Shown piece after piece: positions 29,207 through 39,511 of a stretch of 64,000 nucleotides of DNA (position 1 is its first letter; every line of letters begins with the position of its first letter). Source of the stretch: a virus; IMG/VR virus record IMGVR_UViG_3300027733_000040, positions 1 through 64,000 of that record. One strand, 5' to 3'. Below the pieces are notes generated by a model, which ran no database searches, had not been told where the DNA came from, and saw nothing but the letters and a program-made list of their open reading frames with translations. The position numbers and the translations under genes are program-made.

Positions 29207-29821
29207 ATGAGGTATACTATGACTAATTATTTTAACGATCTTGTTGGTGTTGGCGCTGCGCAAATGCCTGGTACTGATTTAGTATTCTCGGTGGTTATTA
29301 AAGATTTCGATCTTATTATAGAGATCGGAACTGATAACGGCGGATTTTCTGTATGGCTTTATAAAAATAAGCGGCCTGAGGCTTTATTTCTTACCTATGA
29401 ACTAGAACCTTCGCATGTCAAAATCCCTAAAAACCATGAAGTGAATGATAGTATCAGATATTGTGATTGCTTTTCTCCTGATATTATCGATTCTATTTCA
29501 TCTTTAATTGCTTCGAGAGATAAAACTTTGATATTATGTGATGGTGGAGCAAAGACTAAAGAATTCGATATATTTTCGAAATTTCTTAAGATAGGCGATG
29601 TTATTATGTTACACGACTTCGCTGATTCGCCTAATGAATCTGAAAATTATTCAGCAGTTAAATCAAGATTATTATCGACTGGACTTTGGGATGGTATTGG
29701 GTTCGAAGTGCACGAGTCTTCTTTAAACATGGTTCAATCTAGCATAGATTCAGTAGGTCTTGAAAAGTATAAATATCTAGATTTTTTAAGTGTTTTATGG
29801 GGCTCTTTCATAAAACTTTAA
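29207..29821 (+). CDS. Class I SAM-dependent methyltransferase (CmcI/Methyltransf_24-like)
   Basis: IIEIGTDNGG, LCDGG, IMLHD. Confidence 0.7.
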   Translation: MRYTMTNYFNDLVGVGAAQMPGTDLVFSVVIKDFDLIIEIGTDNGGFSVWLYKNKRPEALFLTYELEPSHVKIPKNHEVNDSIRYCDCFSPDIIDSISSLIASRDKTLILCDGGAKTKEFDIFSKFLKIGDVIMLHDFADSPNESENYSAVKSRLLSTGLWDGIGFEVHESSLNMVQSSIDSVGLEKYKYLDFLSVLWGSFIKL

Positions 29822-29905
29822 CACTGCATTTCTTGTGTTAATTCGCGGTTATCTGATTATTTTTTATAGTTATGTAGATATCGTGTCTAACTATAAAGGA
29901 TAATA

Positions 29906-30529
29906 ATGAAAGCCGTGATATGTGCCGCAGGCTTTGGGGCTAGATTAAAGCAAAATATTCCAAAAGCAATGGCCATGGTGAATGGCAAAAGAATTATAGA
30001 TTACCAAATTAAAGCCCTAAAGAATTATGAAGAAATATATGTGGTAGTTGGATTCAGATCTAATCTCATAATAGCTCATTTAAAAAAGCTAGATAATATT
30101 AAATTTATATTAAACAATGATCCTGACCTAGGCATAATGCACACTATGCGGCTGATTTCTAAGGAAATAAACGAATTGGCTCTAATTTTAGATGGCGATA
30201 TTATAATTAATGACGAAATTCCTTTGTTTAATCATGAATTTATAGGTATAAGTGCCCCGATCTACCATAATCAGGCCGACACTAAAGCCGATAAAAAGCT
30301 TGTTTATGTTGGTACGAAAGAGTCCGAGCAAGACTCTGCAAATATTTTCTGTACTAACCCTGGTAAACACGATTGGAACACCTTATCCATTCATGAAACT
30401 TTATCAAGATCCTTACCTAAGCCGTTTTTGCGTTTTGATTCTTTTAAGATTAAAACGCCAGATGATAAGAACGCTGCATATACTTGGTTAACTAAATTCA
30501 GCAATAGTAACCTCAAAAATAATCAGTAA
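29906..30529 (+). CDS. Sugar/phosphocholine nucleotidyltransferase-like protein
   Basis: KAVICAAGFGARL...PKAM, ILDGD. Confidence 0.75.
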   Translation: MKAVICAAGFGARLKQNIPKAMAMVNGKRIIDYQIKALKNYEEIYVVVGFRSNLIIAHLKKLDNIKFILNNDPDLGIMHTMRLISKEINELALILDGDIIINDEIPLFNHEFIGISAPIYHNQADTKADKKLVYVGTKESEQDSANIFCTNPGKHDWNTLSIHETLSRSLPKPFLRFDSFKIKTPDDKNAAYTWLTKFSNSNLKNNQ

Positions 30530-30561
30530 TTATAATTTATTCCATTCATTTAGGTATCATT

Positions 30562-31212
30562 ATGCTCCGATTAAAAAATGTTACATTGTTTATGGCTGAT
30601 GGGCGCACGGATAAAAAATCTTTTGAAAGCTCGCTTTTTGCTGTTAGGCAATGCATTGATAAAGTCGATTTTGGTGAAGTGATATTTCAATCGGCTTACG
30701 ATTCAGATATCACAGGTGTCGGCTATAAAAAAATAAAGCCAATGGTTATCGGTGAGTATAGTAAATTAATCAGTGGTAGTCTTACTGACCACATCAATAC
30801 TAAATTTGTTCTTGTTGTTCAACATGATGGTTTTATTCTTAACACTGCTAATTGGAATCCTGATTTTTTAAATTATGATTATATAGGCGCACCGTGGCTT
30901 TTGGAAGCTACCAAAAGACCCAACTGCCGAGTAGGTAATGGAGGGTTTAGCCTGCGTAGTAAAAAGCTTTTAGATGTTTGTAAAAAGCATTACGGCGGTA
31001 CCTGGGATAATGAGGATTGGCAAATTTGCCTTGTCAATAAGCCATTATTTGAATCACACGGTATAGTGTTTGCGCCTTTAGATGTAGCAACGTGGTTTTC
31101 GATAGAATCACACATACCTGAATATGATCATGATATTAAAAAGCGCTTTGGGTTTCATGGGCCGCGCCAATATGAGGCTGTGAATGCAGCTTATGGGTTT
31201 GATCTTAAATAA
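30562..31212 (+). CDS. DUF5672-family glycosyltransferase-like protein
   Basis: VQHDGF, YDYIGAPW, VGNGGFSLRS, NED, FGFH. Confidence 0.8.
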   Translation: MLRLKNVTLFMADGRTDKKSFESSLFAVRQCIDKVDFGEVIFQSAYDSDITGVGYKKIKPMVIGEYSKLISGSLTDHINTKFVLVVQHDGFILNTANWNPDFLNYDYIGAPWLLEATKRPNCRVGNGGFSLRSKKLLDVCKKHYGGTWDNEDWQICLVNKPLFESHGIVFAPLDVATWFSIESHIPEYDHDIKKRFGFHGPRQYEAVNAAYGFDLK

Positions 31213-31221
31213 AAATACAGT

Positions 31222-31863
31222 ATGAGAAAATTATTAGTCGGTATACCTGTAATTTATGACGTGGCTTGTGTTAAGAGATGCTTAGCCCATGTTATTGGTG
31301 CCGACGGTATCCTTATAATCGACAATAATGCCACACCTGACATAAAAAAATTAATAGAGCCTTACAATAAAATAATTAATGCTAAGAATGTTTATGTTAA
31401 TCCAGCTTGGAATCAATTAATGGAGTATTTCTTAGCACATCCAGAGTTCGATACCTTAATTATCCTAAATAGCGATATTTATCTTAAAAATGACGTTTGT
31501 GCTAAGATAAAATTAATAGATCTTGATACTCAGAAGGTAATTCCGCTTGTGACTGGCGTTAGTGCCTTTTCCGATTCTCCCAACCCGACAACACAAGTAG
31601 TGCAGGATGGCGTCCCTGGCGTCTTCATCTGCTTGTCGCGCAAGATGGTTGAGTTAGTTTATCCGATACCTGGGGAGATAAAGTTATGGTTCGGCGATAA
31701 TTGGATATTTGATAAACTTAAATTGTTAGATTATAAAATGACCGTTTATAGCGACCTTCAAGCCATCATGGACTGGAGTCGTAGTATAGGTCTGCTACCT
31801 GAAGCAAACACAATAATAGAGGAGGATAAAAAAGCATGGAGCCTAATTTCAAAGAAGATATAA
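31222..31863 (+). CDS. GT2-family glycosyltransferase
   Basis: IIDNN, VNPAWN, ILNSD, WFGDNW. Confidence 0.75.
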   Translation: MRKLLVGIPVIYDVACVKRCLAHVIGADGILIIDNNATPDIKKLIEPYNKIINAKNVYVNPAWNQLMEYFLAHPEFDTLIILNSDIYLKNDVCAKIKLIDLDTQKVIPLVTGVSAFSDSPNPTTQVVQDGVPGVFICLSRKMVELVYPIPGEIKLWFGDNWIFDKLKLLDYKMTVYSDLQAIMDWSRSIGLLPEANTIIEEDKKAWSLISKKI

Positions 31864-32444
31864 CTCACGTTGATATTATAAACCATCTGATCAGAGCATA
31901 TAATTTTAAATCTTATTTAGAGATAGGTGTTCAAGGTAAAGTATGCTGGGATAAAATCGTATGCGCAGATAAAGTAGGTGTCGAGCCGGTCGGGGAAATG
32001 TTCGATGATAGGATCAAGTCGATGAATAGTGATCAATTCTTTGATCAGAATGGTCAGAATTTCGATTTGATTTTTATAGATGGTGACCATGATGAAGCGC
32101 AAGTCACAAAAGATATCTTAAATTCCTTGAAATATATAAACCCAAATGGCGCAATAGTTCTCCACGATGCCTATCCGCCTAGCGAGGATTTTGCTGTATC
32201 TTATAGGTGTGGAACAGTGTTTAGGTCGATATGGCACATTAGACATATAGCAAATATTGGGATTGTAACTTATACTGGCGATTTCGGGGTAGCTGTAATA
32301 AGAAAAAAACCTAGCATAAATAAGTACCACGCTAGCGTCGGATCTTATAAGGAATATATGGCTGCTTCTGACAATCTGATAAACAAGTGTGATTATTATT
32401 CTGAATTTAAAGAAAAGATAATCGCATTATTTAATAATGATTAA
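31836..32444 (+). CDS. Methyltransf_24-like SAM methyltransferase
   Basis: YLEIGV, SDQFF, DLIFIDGDH, IVLHD. Confidence 0.8.
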   Translation: MEPNFKEDITHVDIINHLIRAYNFKSYLEIGVQGKVCWDKIVCADKVGVEPVGEMFDDRIKSMNSDQFFDQNGQNFDLIFIDGDHDEAQVTKDILNSLKYINPNGAIVLHDAYPPSEDFAVSYRCGTVFRSIWHIRHIANIGIVTYTGDFGVAVIRKKPSINKYHASVGSYKEYMAASDNLINKCDYYSEFKEKIIALFNND

Positions 32445-32461
32445 TTAACTCGCTTTAGGTT

Positions 32462-33022
32462 TTAGTTATCGAATACCACGAGTCCAGTCCCAGACCAATG
32501 GCCTATATGAGATATGTCATACTTCTCTTCTGGCAATTTATTGAATAAGACTCTCAGTGCAGGGAATTCATTTATATCATCCATTATTAGTAAACCTGTC
32601 CACTTGATAGATCTGAGATGGTTTATAAATACTTCTTCGTAAACTCCATCATGAAAAGTATCTAATAAAATAATTGAGGTATTTTTGAAATCTTCGAATT
32701 TGAGTGCTTCACCGATTCTATATTCGGTGTTACTTGTGTCTTCTTGTATGTGGTGTTTCTGGATGTCATAAGAAATAATTTTGTTATTTAAGTTATTGCT
32801 TAGTGCTATCGCTGAATACCCTCTGTATGTTCCTACATCTAATATTAGGCTGTCGCTGACCTGCCTACCAATATATGATAATAATCTATAGTGTTCTACC
32901 CCTGCTGGTGCCTGATATACTGCAGTGAATGTTGCGTCGATTTTATCTAGATCTCTAGATATGTCGGTATTAGACATTGCATTCTTAGTCATCGCTAATA
33001 GATTTGTTACGATTTGCTTCAT
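32462..33022 (-). CDS. Class I SAM methyltransferase
   Basis: EHYRLL, ILDVGTYRGYSA, LLDT, MDDI, GHWSGTG. Confidence 0.75.
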   Translation of the reverse strand: MKQIVTNLLAMTKNAMSNTDISRDLDKIDATFTAVYQAPAGVEHYRLLSYIGRQVSDSLILDVGTYRGYSAIALSNNLNNKIISYDIQKHHIQEDTSNTEYRIGEALKFEDFKNTSIILLDTFHDGVYEEVFINHLRSIKWTGLLIMDDINEFPALRVLFNKLPEEKYDISHIGHWSGTGLVVFDN

Positions 33023-33031
33023 TTTTTTCCT

Positions 33032-33538
33032 TTATGAGTGCGCTGCTATAAAATTGTCAATATTTTCGCTCATCAATTGATGAGCATTGTCGATTATCTT
33101 TTGTTCATTCCAATTCCACCATTTAATATTTAACAGTTTTTTGATCTGTTCGTCTGTAAATCTTTTCCTAATTATTTTAGCTGGTGATCCAACTGCTATG
33201 GTGTATGGCGGTATGTCCTTTGTTACTATTGATCTAGCCCCGATCACGGCACCATCGCCTATTGTCACTCCGCTCATTATCATACATCCTTCGCCTATCC
33301 ACACATCGTTTCCGATGTGTATATCTCCTCTACATACTGGGTGACCGGCTAGATGAGCACAATTCTTTAGCTTTTCATTTAATGGATAAGTCGTGATAAA
33401 CTTAGTGTTATGGCCAAAACCACCATCGCAGATACAGCCATCGGCTATAGAGCTATAATTTCCTATCGTTATGCTATTAAGGGTCCCACGTCTAATAATG
33501 CTTTCATATGATCCTTGCCCTATTTTTAAATCGCCCAC
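33032..33538 (-). CDS. CatB/Vat-like hexapeptide (LbH) O-acetyltransferase
   Basis: IGNDVWIG, GVTIGDGAVIGARSIVTKDIPPY, IKWWNW; GTG start. Confidence 0.9.
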   Translation of the reverse strand: MGDLKIGQGSYESIIRRGTLNSITIGNYSSIADGCICDGGFGHNTKFITTYPLNEKLKNCAHLAGHPVCRGDIHIGNDVWIGEGCMIMSGVTIGDGAVIGARSIVTKDIPPYTIAVGSPAKIIRKRFTDEQIKKLLNIKWWNWNEQKIIDNAHQLMSENIDNFIAAHS

Positions 33539-33568
33539 TTCTTTTCCCCATATTTATGATAAAGATAA

Positions 33569-34375
33569 TTACTTACAAAAATCTTCTTTCAATATATCGA
33601 CTGTCGCTTTCCAGTCTTCGACTAAACCGAAATCTTCAATCACCGTATACCATTCGGCATCGACTTCTTTATTTAATAACCCAAAGCAGCCGACTAATTT
33701 TTTTACGTATTTGCTATATTTAAGGATGAATTCAAGTTTATTACTATCGTCATATTTTATTGCGTCTGCCAGTGCGCTTGGCGACCCCCACGTTTTAGCA
33801 TGCTGCTTTAATTTCTTTGCCCATATCTGTGGCGATAAATAGCCTATATCATGGCACGCGATATTGTCATGGTGTTTATAATTCTCGTTGTTATGGGGGT
33901 CTGCAGACAAATAGGCACCATCCTGCACAAACCTTTCTTTACAATCCCTATTTAGCAAAACAGCACCAAAGTGGGAAATGCCGCATTTAATATATAGTTT
34001 AACGTGTTGGATTTTAAAACAGAGGCTGCTCGCCGTTGGATTAGAAATATATTCATGGATCTGTCTAATACCTTCAATACTAAACAAGATGTCGGCCTGT
34101 AATGATAGTATGAAATCTGGTTTGAGCATATTAAAAGTATTTTCCAGACATTTATTCTGGGCTGCTGCTATATCTTGAGGATTCTTAATCTTTTTATCGA
34201 TGTTTATAATTTGCACTTTAGGCGTATTACTTAGAGTATCTTTTAGAATATTGTAACTGATATCGTCACCACCATATACCATGAATTGGTCTACAAAAGT
34301 TAGATTACGCATAATATATGATACAGGGTATTCTATAACTTGTTGGTTGTCGACATAGATATTACATGCTAACAT
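33569..34375 (-). CDS. GT-A-fold glycosyltransferase-like protein
   Basis: ILSLQAD (DxD-like position), HDIGY; lies within the island. Confidence 0.5.
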   Translation of the reverse strand: MLACNIYVDNQQVIEYPVSYIMRNLTFVDQFMVYGGDDISYNILKDTLSNTPKVQIINIDKKIKNPQDIAAAQNKCLENTFNMLKPDFILSLQADILFSIEGIRQIHEYISNPTASSLCFKIQHVKLYIKCGISHFGAVLLNRDCKERFVQDGAYLSADPHNNENYKHHDNIACHDIGYLSPQIWAKKLKQHAKTWGSPSALADAIKYDDSNKLEFILKYSKYVKKLVGCFGLLNKEVDAEWYTVIEDFGLVEDWKATVDILKEDFCK

Positions 34376-34950
34376 GTGATTGCCTTTTTTGCTGTTAGAT
34401 CGGTATCGGTTATTGCAAGCTCATAGCCTAAGTTTTTTAAATATGCACAGACACCATCAAATTTAGGCCCACGCTTAAAAACACCGTCTGAATGTGCAAT
34501 TTCGAAGTGGATATGATCCACAGGTGTCAGAGAGAGATCAAGGCTCATAACAATATCGATGTCTTGCCCCTCAGCATCGATGAAGAGATAATTTAGATCG
34601 TGGATATTATGTTTAGATAATAATTCGGTTAGTGTCATATTCGGTACTTCATTAGACACTATTCTATCTTCCGGACAACCGTGATCAATTAAATGCTTAC
34701 TATTTAGTGTGCTAGTCTCATAATCATAGCCGTGATGAAAGTAGATGGTTTCGGTTTTTTTTAGCGAGTTACTTATAATGCAGTTTTCAATAATAACATT
34801 TTGTATGTCTTTGTAGCAGTTCGACAGTCTTTCTAAAACATATATTATAGGTTCGACTAATATTATTTTATCGAATTGCTCAGCATGTTCCTTAATTAGC
34901 TCAGTAACGTGGTCGTTTCCGCGGTTAGCGCCAATCTGTACAAGATTCAT
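34369..34950 (-). CDS. FkbM-family methyltransferase
   Basis: QIGANRG, LVEP, FIDAEGQD, IHFE. Confidence 0.85.
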   Translation of the reverse strand: MNLVQIGANRGNDHVTELIKEHAEQFDKIILVEPIIYVLERLSNCYKDIQNVIIENCIISNSLKKTETIYFHHGYDYETSTLNSKHLIDHGCPEDRIVSNEVPNMTLTELLSKHNIHDLNYLFIDAEGQDIDIVMSLDLSLTPVDHIHFEIAHSDGVFKRGPKFDGVCAYLKNLGYELAITDTDLTAKKAITC

Positions 34951-35140
34951 AGTACAAATTCCTTTTTAAAAGCAGACGATACTATAACTTAATATATTTG
35001 AGCAATTTCAGACAAACGGCTTAATACCGCCGATGGTTAAACGACGATCGAATGGTAATTATTATATGTCCAGCGATGACTTATAATTCATATGGGCGTA
35101 TTGTTATTAATGGAGTCTATTCTTCTTTCTAAGGATCATC

Positions 35141-35893
35141 ATGAAAATACTCGGCTTTGTACCGCTGCACTATGGCGCAGAATATTTAGACTTATGTTTA
35201 GATTCTTTAAAGCCTTTTTGCGACAAGGTTTATGTATCATATTCAAAGAAAGCCTCACATGGCCACACACCTCTTCTTAATGGCAAATTGGCACAATGCC
35301 CAGATTCTAGAGATACTATTTTCAATATTGCTCATAAAAATCTTGGCGATAAACTAATCTGGGAAGAAGCAGATTCTTATCCTAGGGAAGCTTCCCATAG
35401 ACATTCTGTTTATAATCATGTGGCCGGTTACGACATGATCGTTACTGCTGATTCTGATGAAGTAATAGATAAAGACACCTTTATGGAAGGTGTTAAAATG
35501 GCTTACGATGGCCCACACCGACTTTACGGGACATCTAATTATATTAATTTTTGGAGATCTTTTAACCACGTTGTAAAGGACGGTTTCAGCCCTATTAGGA
35601 TGTTTAATCTCAGGCGGTCTGGGGGCCAAGGTCATGGTTTACCGACTAAGATATACCATTTTGGCACTTGCCAACGCAAAGAAATTATGGAGTATAAATA
35701 TTTGTGTCATGGCCATAAAGACGAATTGCGGCCTAATTGGTTAAAAGAAGTCTATTATGGCTGGACGCCAGATAATCAAATCCAAAATCTCCATCCAGTT
35801 GCAAATGGTATTTGGAATGCTGAAGCAATCGATAAGAATGCTCTTCCTGATTATATTAAATCACATCCGAATTTTATGAAAGATCTCGTTTAA
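35141..35893 (+). CDS. GT2-like glycosyltransferase
   Basis: ADSDE (DxD), IYHFG; lies within the island. Confidence 0.65.
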   Translation: MKILGFVPLHYGAEYLDLCLDSLKPFCDKVYVSYSKKASHGHTPLLNGKLAQCPDSRDTIFNIAHKNLGDKLIWEEADSYPREASHRHSVYNHVAGYDMIVTADSDEVIDKDTFMEGVKMAYDGPHRLYGTSNYINFWRSFNHVVKDGFSPIRMFNLRRSGGQGHGLPTKIYHFGTCQRKEIMEYKYLCHGHKDELRPNWLKEVYYGWTPDNQIQNLHPVANGIWNAEAIDKNALPDYIKSHPNFMKDLV

Positions 35894-37708
35894 ATGTTAG
35901 AAATCAAATCGGTTAAGTGGCGTAATTTTCTTTCATATGGTGATTATGAATCGGTATTATCTCTTGAGGATCCTGGGAGCTGCTTAATAACAGGTGAAAT
36001 AGATTCTGGCAATTCGCCCCAAGTCGGCTCAGAAGATATTCGCAAATCTAATGGTTCTGGTAAGAGTTCTATTCCAAATGTCGTATTGTGGGGCCTATTT
36101 GGCCGTACCATGCACGCTTCGTCAGCTGGTGATTCGATCATTAATCACTTTACTGGCAAGACTTGCGAAGTTATAATCGATTTTAAAAACGGTGATCAAA
36201 TTATCAGGCGTCGTCAAAAAGGCGGCACTACGGAAGTGTTGTTTAGTAGAGATGGCGATGAAACTAGGATTTCAGCCGACACCGTTTCTACATCTAAAGC
36301 CATGCAATCGCAGCTTAATAAGACCTTCAATCTCGACTATGATATATTTTGTGGTAGTGTTTTCTTTAATCAATATGGCCGTTCGTGGATGGAAATGAGC
36401 GAAGTCGCGAGGAAAAAGGCTTTAGAAAAAATTCTAAGAGTCGATAGGTTTAGCTTCTATGCCAAAATTGCTAAAGCTAAATCTGACAATGCTCAATTTC
36501 TTTTTACAAATTTTAAATCTAAAATTATAGACCTTGAAGCCAACAGAGATAGGACGATAAGTGATATCCAGTCTTATCGCGAAGAAAGTGGCGCCTATGA
36601 AATCAAGAGAGCCAAAAGGATATCTGATATAGATGCTATGATCGCTACTGTCAATGAAAAGATGAATAAGATAACCATACCAGATATAGATAAGTTAACC
36701 GAAAAGTGGAAGTTAATAGAAAAGATTAAAGCTGAAATCGATAGATTAAAATCTGAAGATGCTGGACATTTTAGAACTATCGCTACCATAGAATCGAATA
36801 TAGCCGTCTTAAAAAAGCGACGCGATGAGGTTAACAAGCTACAGGGCAAGAGTTGTGTCGCTTGCCAACAATCTATACCATCAAGCATGATAACAAATAA
36901 TCTTGACAAGATTGAAAAAGAGTTAACTACATTTGGTGTGCAATTAGCCGATGCTACCGCCGCTAGAGAAGAGAGCAATAAGGTTATTAAGAAGTACGAG
37001 ACTATGTTATCGGCTAAAATACCTAACATCACCATTATGGAAGCTAATAACCTATCAACCATAGTTTTAAATTATAAAGCTGAAATCAAAAGATTAATGG
37101 CGCTACGGGCAGAGACCGAGACCGACAGCGACCCTAATCAGACAATCATAGAGAGGCTAGAAAGTAGGTTAAAAGATATCCTCGACAATATTTTAAAACA
37201 CAAAAGCGATTTAGAAGATATTACGGTGTTAGATAAGCATTATACTTATTTATATAAATCTTATAATGACAGAAATAAAGTAAAAAGCTTTATGTGTGAA
37301 GAGCATCTTCCTTATATTAATTCTCGCCTAGAACATTATTTAGGCATTTTAGGTCTAGATATTAAGATAAAGATCGAGAACGATCTTAGAATCACAAGTA
37401 ACATGTGGGGCTATGAATATCAGTCAGGCGGCGAAAGAAAAAGGACAGATCTTGCATTTATGCTTGCGTCTTATGATTTTTATGAAGTAATGTATGGTAG
37501 GCAATGTAATTTGATGGTTTTAGATGAGGTCGATGGCAGGATGGATGAGGATGGGATAGAAGGTCTGATAAGTATCATAAGAAATGATTTATCATCAAGA
37601 ATAGACAACATATTAATTATCTCACACCGTAACCAAATGTTTGATGTTTTTGACAGAGAACTAAAGGTAAAAAGGATTAACAGATTTTCTATACTATCTG
37701 GAAATTAA
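35894..37708 (+). CDS. sbcC: Rad50/SbcC/gp46-like ATPase
   Basis: NFLSYG, NGSGKS, CVAC zinc hook, QSGGE, LDEVD, ISH; coiled coils. Confidence 0.92.
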   Translation: MLEIKSVKWRNFLSYGDYESVLSLEDPGSCLITGEIDSGNSPQVGSEDIRKSNGSGKSSIPNVVLWGLFGRTMHASSAGDSIINHFTGKTCEVIIDFKNGDQIIRRRQKGGTTEVLFSRDGDETRISADTVSTSKAMQSQLNKTFNLDYDIFCGSVFFNQYGRSWMEMSEVARKKALEKILRVDRFSFYAKIAKAKSDNAQFLFTNFKSKIIDLEANRDRTISDIQSYREESGAYEIKRAKRISDIDAMIATVNEKMNKITIPDIDKLTEKWKLIEKIKAEIDRLKSEDAGHFRTIATIESNIAVLKKRRDEVNKLQGKSCVACQQSIPSSMITNNLDKIEKELTTFGVQLADATAAREESNKVIKKYETMLSAKIPNITIMEANNLSTIVLNYKAEIKRLMALRAETETDSDPNQTIIERLESRLKDILDNILKHKSDLEDITVLDKHYTYLYKSYNDRNKVKSFMCEEHLPYINSRLEHYLGILGLDIKIKIENDLRITSNMWGYEYQSGGERKRTDLAFMLASYDFYEVMYGRQCNLMVLDEVDGRMDEDGIEGLISIIRNDLSSRIDNILIISHRNQMFDVFDRELKVKRINRFSILSGN

Positions 37709-37718
37709 ATATAATTAT

Positions 37719-38270
37719 ATGGACACACAAGACATAGATCTGATCAAGCATTTTGCGAATACCGAAACGGTTAGGCGCAAATTAATTCGCTATTTTATCG
37801 GAAAAGGGTTCGTCGATTCATTCGACAGATTAGTATATCCTCCGCTTTTGCAGGATCTTGCATTCGATCCAGATATTTGTTTAATTAATAAAGTCGAAGT
37901 GGTGCCCTATGCCGCCGAGATCGATACATCTTTAGGCAGAGCCGTAATTGGCTGGAATCTATTTGTTCTTGGTAACAAGAGAATGTTTCTAGGTGAGACT
38001 TTCCATAACAATTTAAACGATTTAGCAAGACAAATAAAATCAGGTATTATCACAAAGTCGGCAAATGGTATGTCTGGCGCAAGACGTCAAACAACCGTTT
38101 TTAAGATCATTAAGTTTATCACCGACGTGCTTGCAGCCCATGAATCCGGCTACGTCGTTCTTGGGGCACCCAACAGGATGCCAAAACAACCTGGTGAACC
38201 ATATGCCGCACGGCAAACTATGATGGGCATGCCCAATCAGTTCTTTGGCCGCACGGCTATGGGTATTTAA
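37719..38270 (+). CDS. Hypothetical protein
   Basis: 183-aa ORF packed in the operon. Confidence 0.6.
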   Translation: MDTQDIDLIKHFANTETVRRKLIRYFIGKGFVDSFDRLVYPPLLQDLAFDPDICLINKVEVVPYAAEIDTSLGRAVIGWNLFVLGNKRMFLGETFHNNLNDLARQIKSGIITKSANGMSGARRQTTVFKIIKFITDVLAAHESGYVVLGAPNRMPKQPGEPYAARQTMMGMPNQFFGRTAMGI

Positions 38271-38636
38271 TTATTTTAAAAATTTTAATTTATAAATGGT
38301 TTTATACATCAGGGAACTTATCTCCTGCATAATATTTCCGAGATGCCCGCATCCTTCCGGCATTTTCTCTGAAATTTTTGATACTTCTGATGCAAAAGAT
38401 TCGAGGTATTCTACAATGTCCGTGTACTCTAGAAATAATTTATCTATTGGTTCTATTAATCCGAATTGTCCTTGATAGGTTTCAATTAATTCGTCTGTTA
38501 ATCCTAGCAATCCGTCATATAGTTCATTCAATGCTATATGTGCTGAAAACATATCTGTCTTTAAATGTTCATTATGCGCGATCTGCCTTGTCGAAAACAA
38601 TTTAATGAACATCTTTTGCATTAAACCCTTGTCCAC
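38271..38636 (-). CDS. Ferritin/Dps-like four-helix protein (DUF5856-like)
   Basis: AHNEHL...AHIALNELYD...DELIETYQG...YKLKFLK; AAGGAG SD. Confidence 0.7.
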   Translation of the reverse strand: MDKGLMQKMFIKLFSTRQIAHNEHLKTDMFSAHIALNELYDGLLGLTDELIETYQGQFGLIEPIDKLFLEYTDIVEYLESFASEVSKISEKMPEGCGHLGNIMQEISSLMYKTIYKLKFLK

Positions 38637-38685
38637 AGTATTCTCCTTATTAGTAGTAAATAATGTTATTTACCGAGGGCTGATA

Positions 38686-39300
38686 TTGGTAAGTCACATT
38701 ATTTTGGCAAATTGTTCTGTAGAGTATGACGGTAGAGGCCTAAGCAATTTATCGAGCGGTGTCTACCTAATTGTTATTAAAGCCGATGCGTCGTTGCAGA
38801 TACACACATCGAGGCTTATAAAGCCTATTAACTATATGGCGGCTGGGTCTAGAATCGATTTCGATGGCGATAATATAATAGCGAGGAATCGATCAGAAAC
38901 GATAAAAATCAAGATAAGCAATACGATTCATTCATTTAGCCCTGCCGAGTGGCACGATAATAAGATACAGATGCTAAGGACTGAAGCTGAATTAGTCCAG
39001 AAGTTACTTGTCGAACTTAATGCCGATTATCCAAACGATGAATATATTCAAGAGTATGACACAAAATCGCTTGGTTTAATCGATCTTGTTAGAATCGATT
39101 CTTTTTCAGTTTATCATTCTTATGAAGTTAAAAGGAAAAAGGCATCTATAGCTAATGTTTCACAGGCCATAAGATACGTAGAATATTTATCAGCTATTAA
39201 TAAGAAATGTGTAGGATATATAGTGGCTCCAAGTATTACTGAGAATGCTTTGGAATACGCCGAAAGTAAACATATAATAGTCAAGATAATTGACTTCTGA
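38686..39300 (+). CDS. nucS: Endonuclease NucS/EndoMS-like
   Basis: CSVEYDGRG.S.L..G..LIVIKADASLQIH, KPINY, EAEL, EY, IDL, EVKR, QAIRY, VAPSIT. Likely TTG start at 38686 after GAGG; the track ORF starts at 38605. Confidence 0.85.
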   Translation: MVSHIILANCSVEYDGRGLSNLSSGVYLIVIKADASLQIHTSRLIKPINYMAAGSRIDFDGDNIIARNRSETIKIKISNTIHSFSPAEWHDNKIQMLRTEAELVQKLLVELNADYPNDEYIQEYDTKSLGLIDLVRIDSFSVYHSYEVKRKKASIANVSQAIRYVEYLSAINKKCVGYIVAPSITENALEYAESKHIIVKIIDF

Positions 39301-39316
39301 AGAACACGGTGAAGTC

Positions 39317-39511
39317 ATGAAAGGCAAAAAAGTAAAATGTCTGGGATGGTGTGGCGGGACACTTGTTAGTAATGACCCTGGCGTTAGATATTGCAAACAG
39401 TGCAGAAAAAAAAGAGACCACACAGAGTTATCAGCCAGAGACGAACGCAGATTCATCGGCGATGATAATATAATCATCCCTGATGGCCATGATGATCATT
39501 GGTTTAAATAA
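39317..39511 (+). CDS. Small zinc-ribbon protein
   Basis: CLGWC...CKQC; GGTG SD before the ATG. Confidence 0.55.
   Translation: MKGKKVKCLGWCGGTLVSNDPGVRYCKQCRKKRDHTELSARDERRFIGDDNIIIPDGHDDHWFK

Noticed and set aside
33032-33538. Antibiotic resistance gene (cat/vat)
   Set aside because: Its position inside a glycosylation island favours a sugar O-acetyltransferase.
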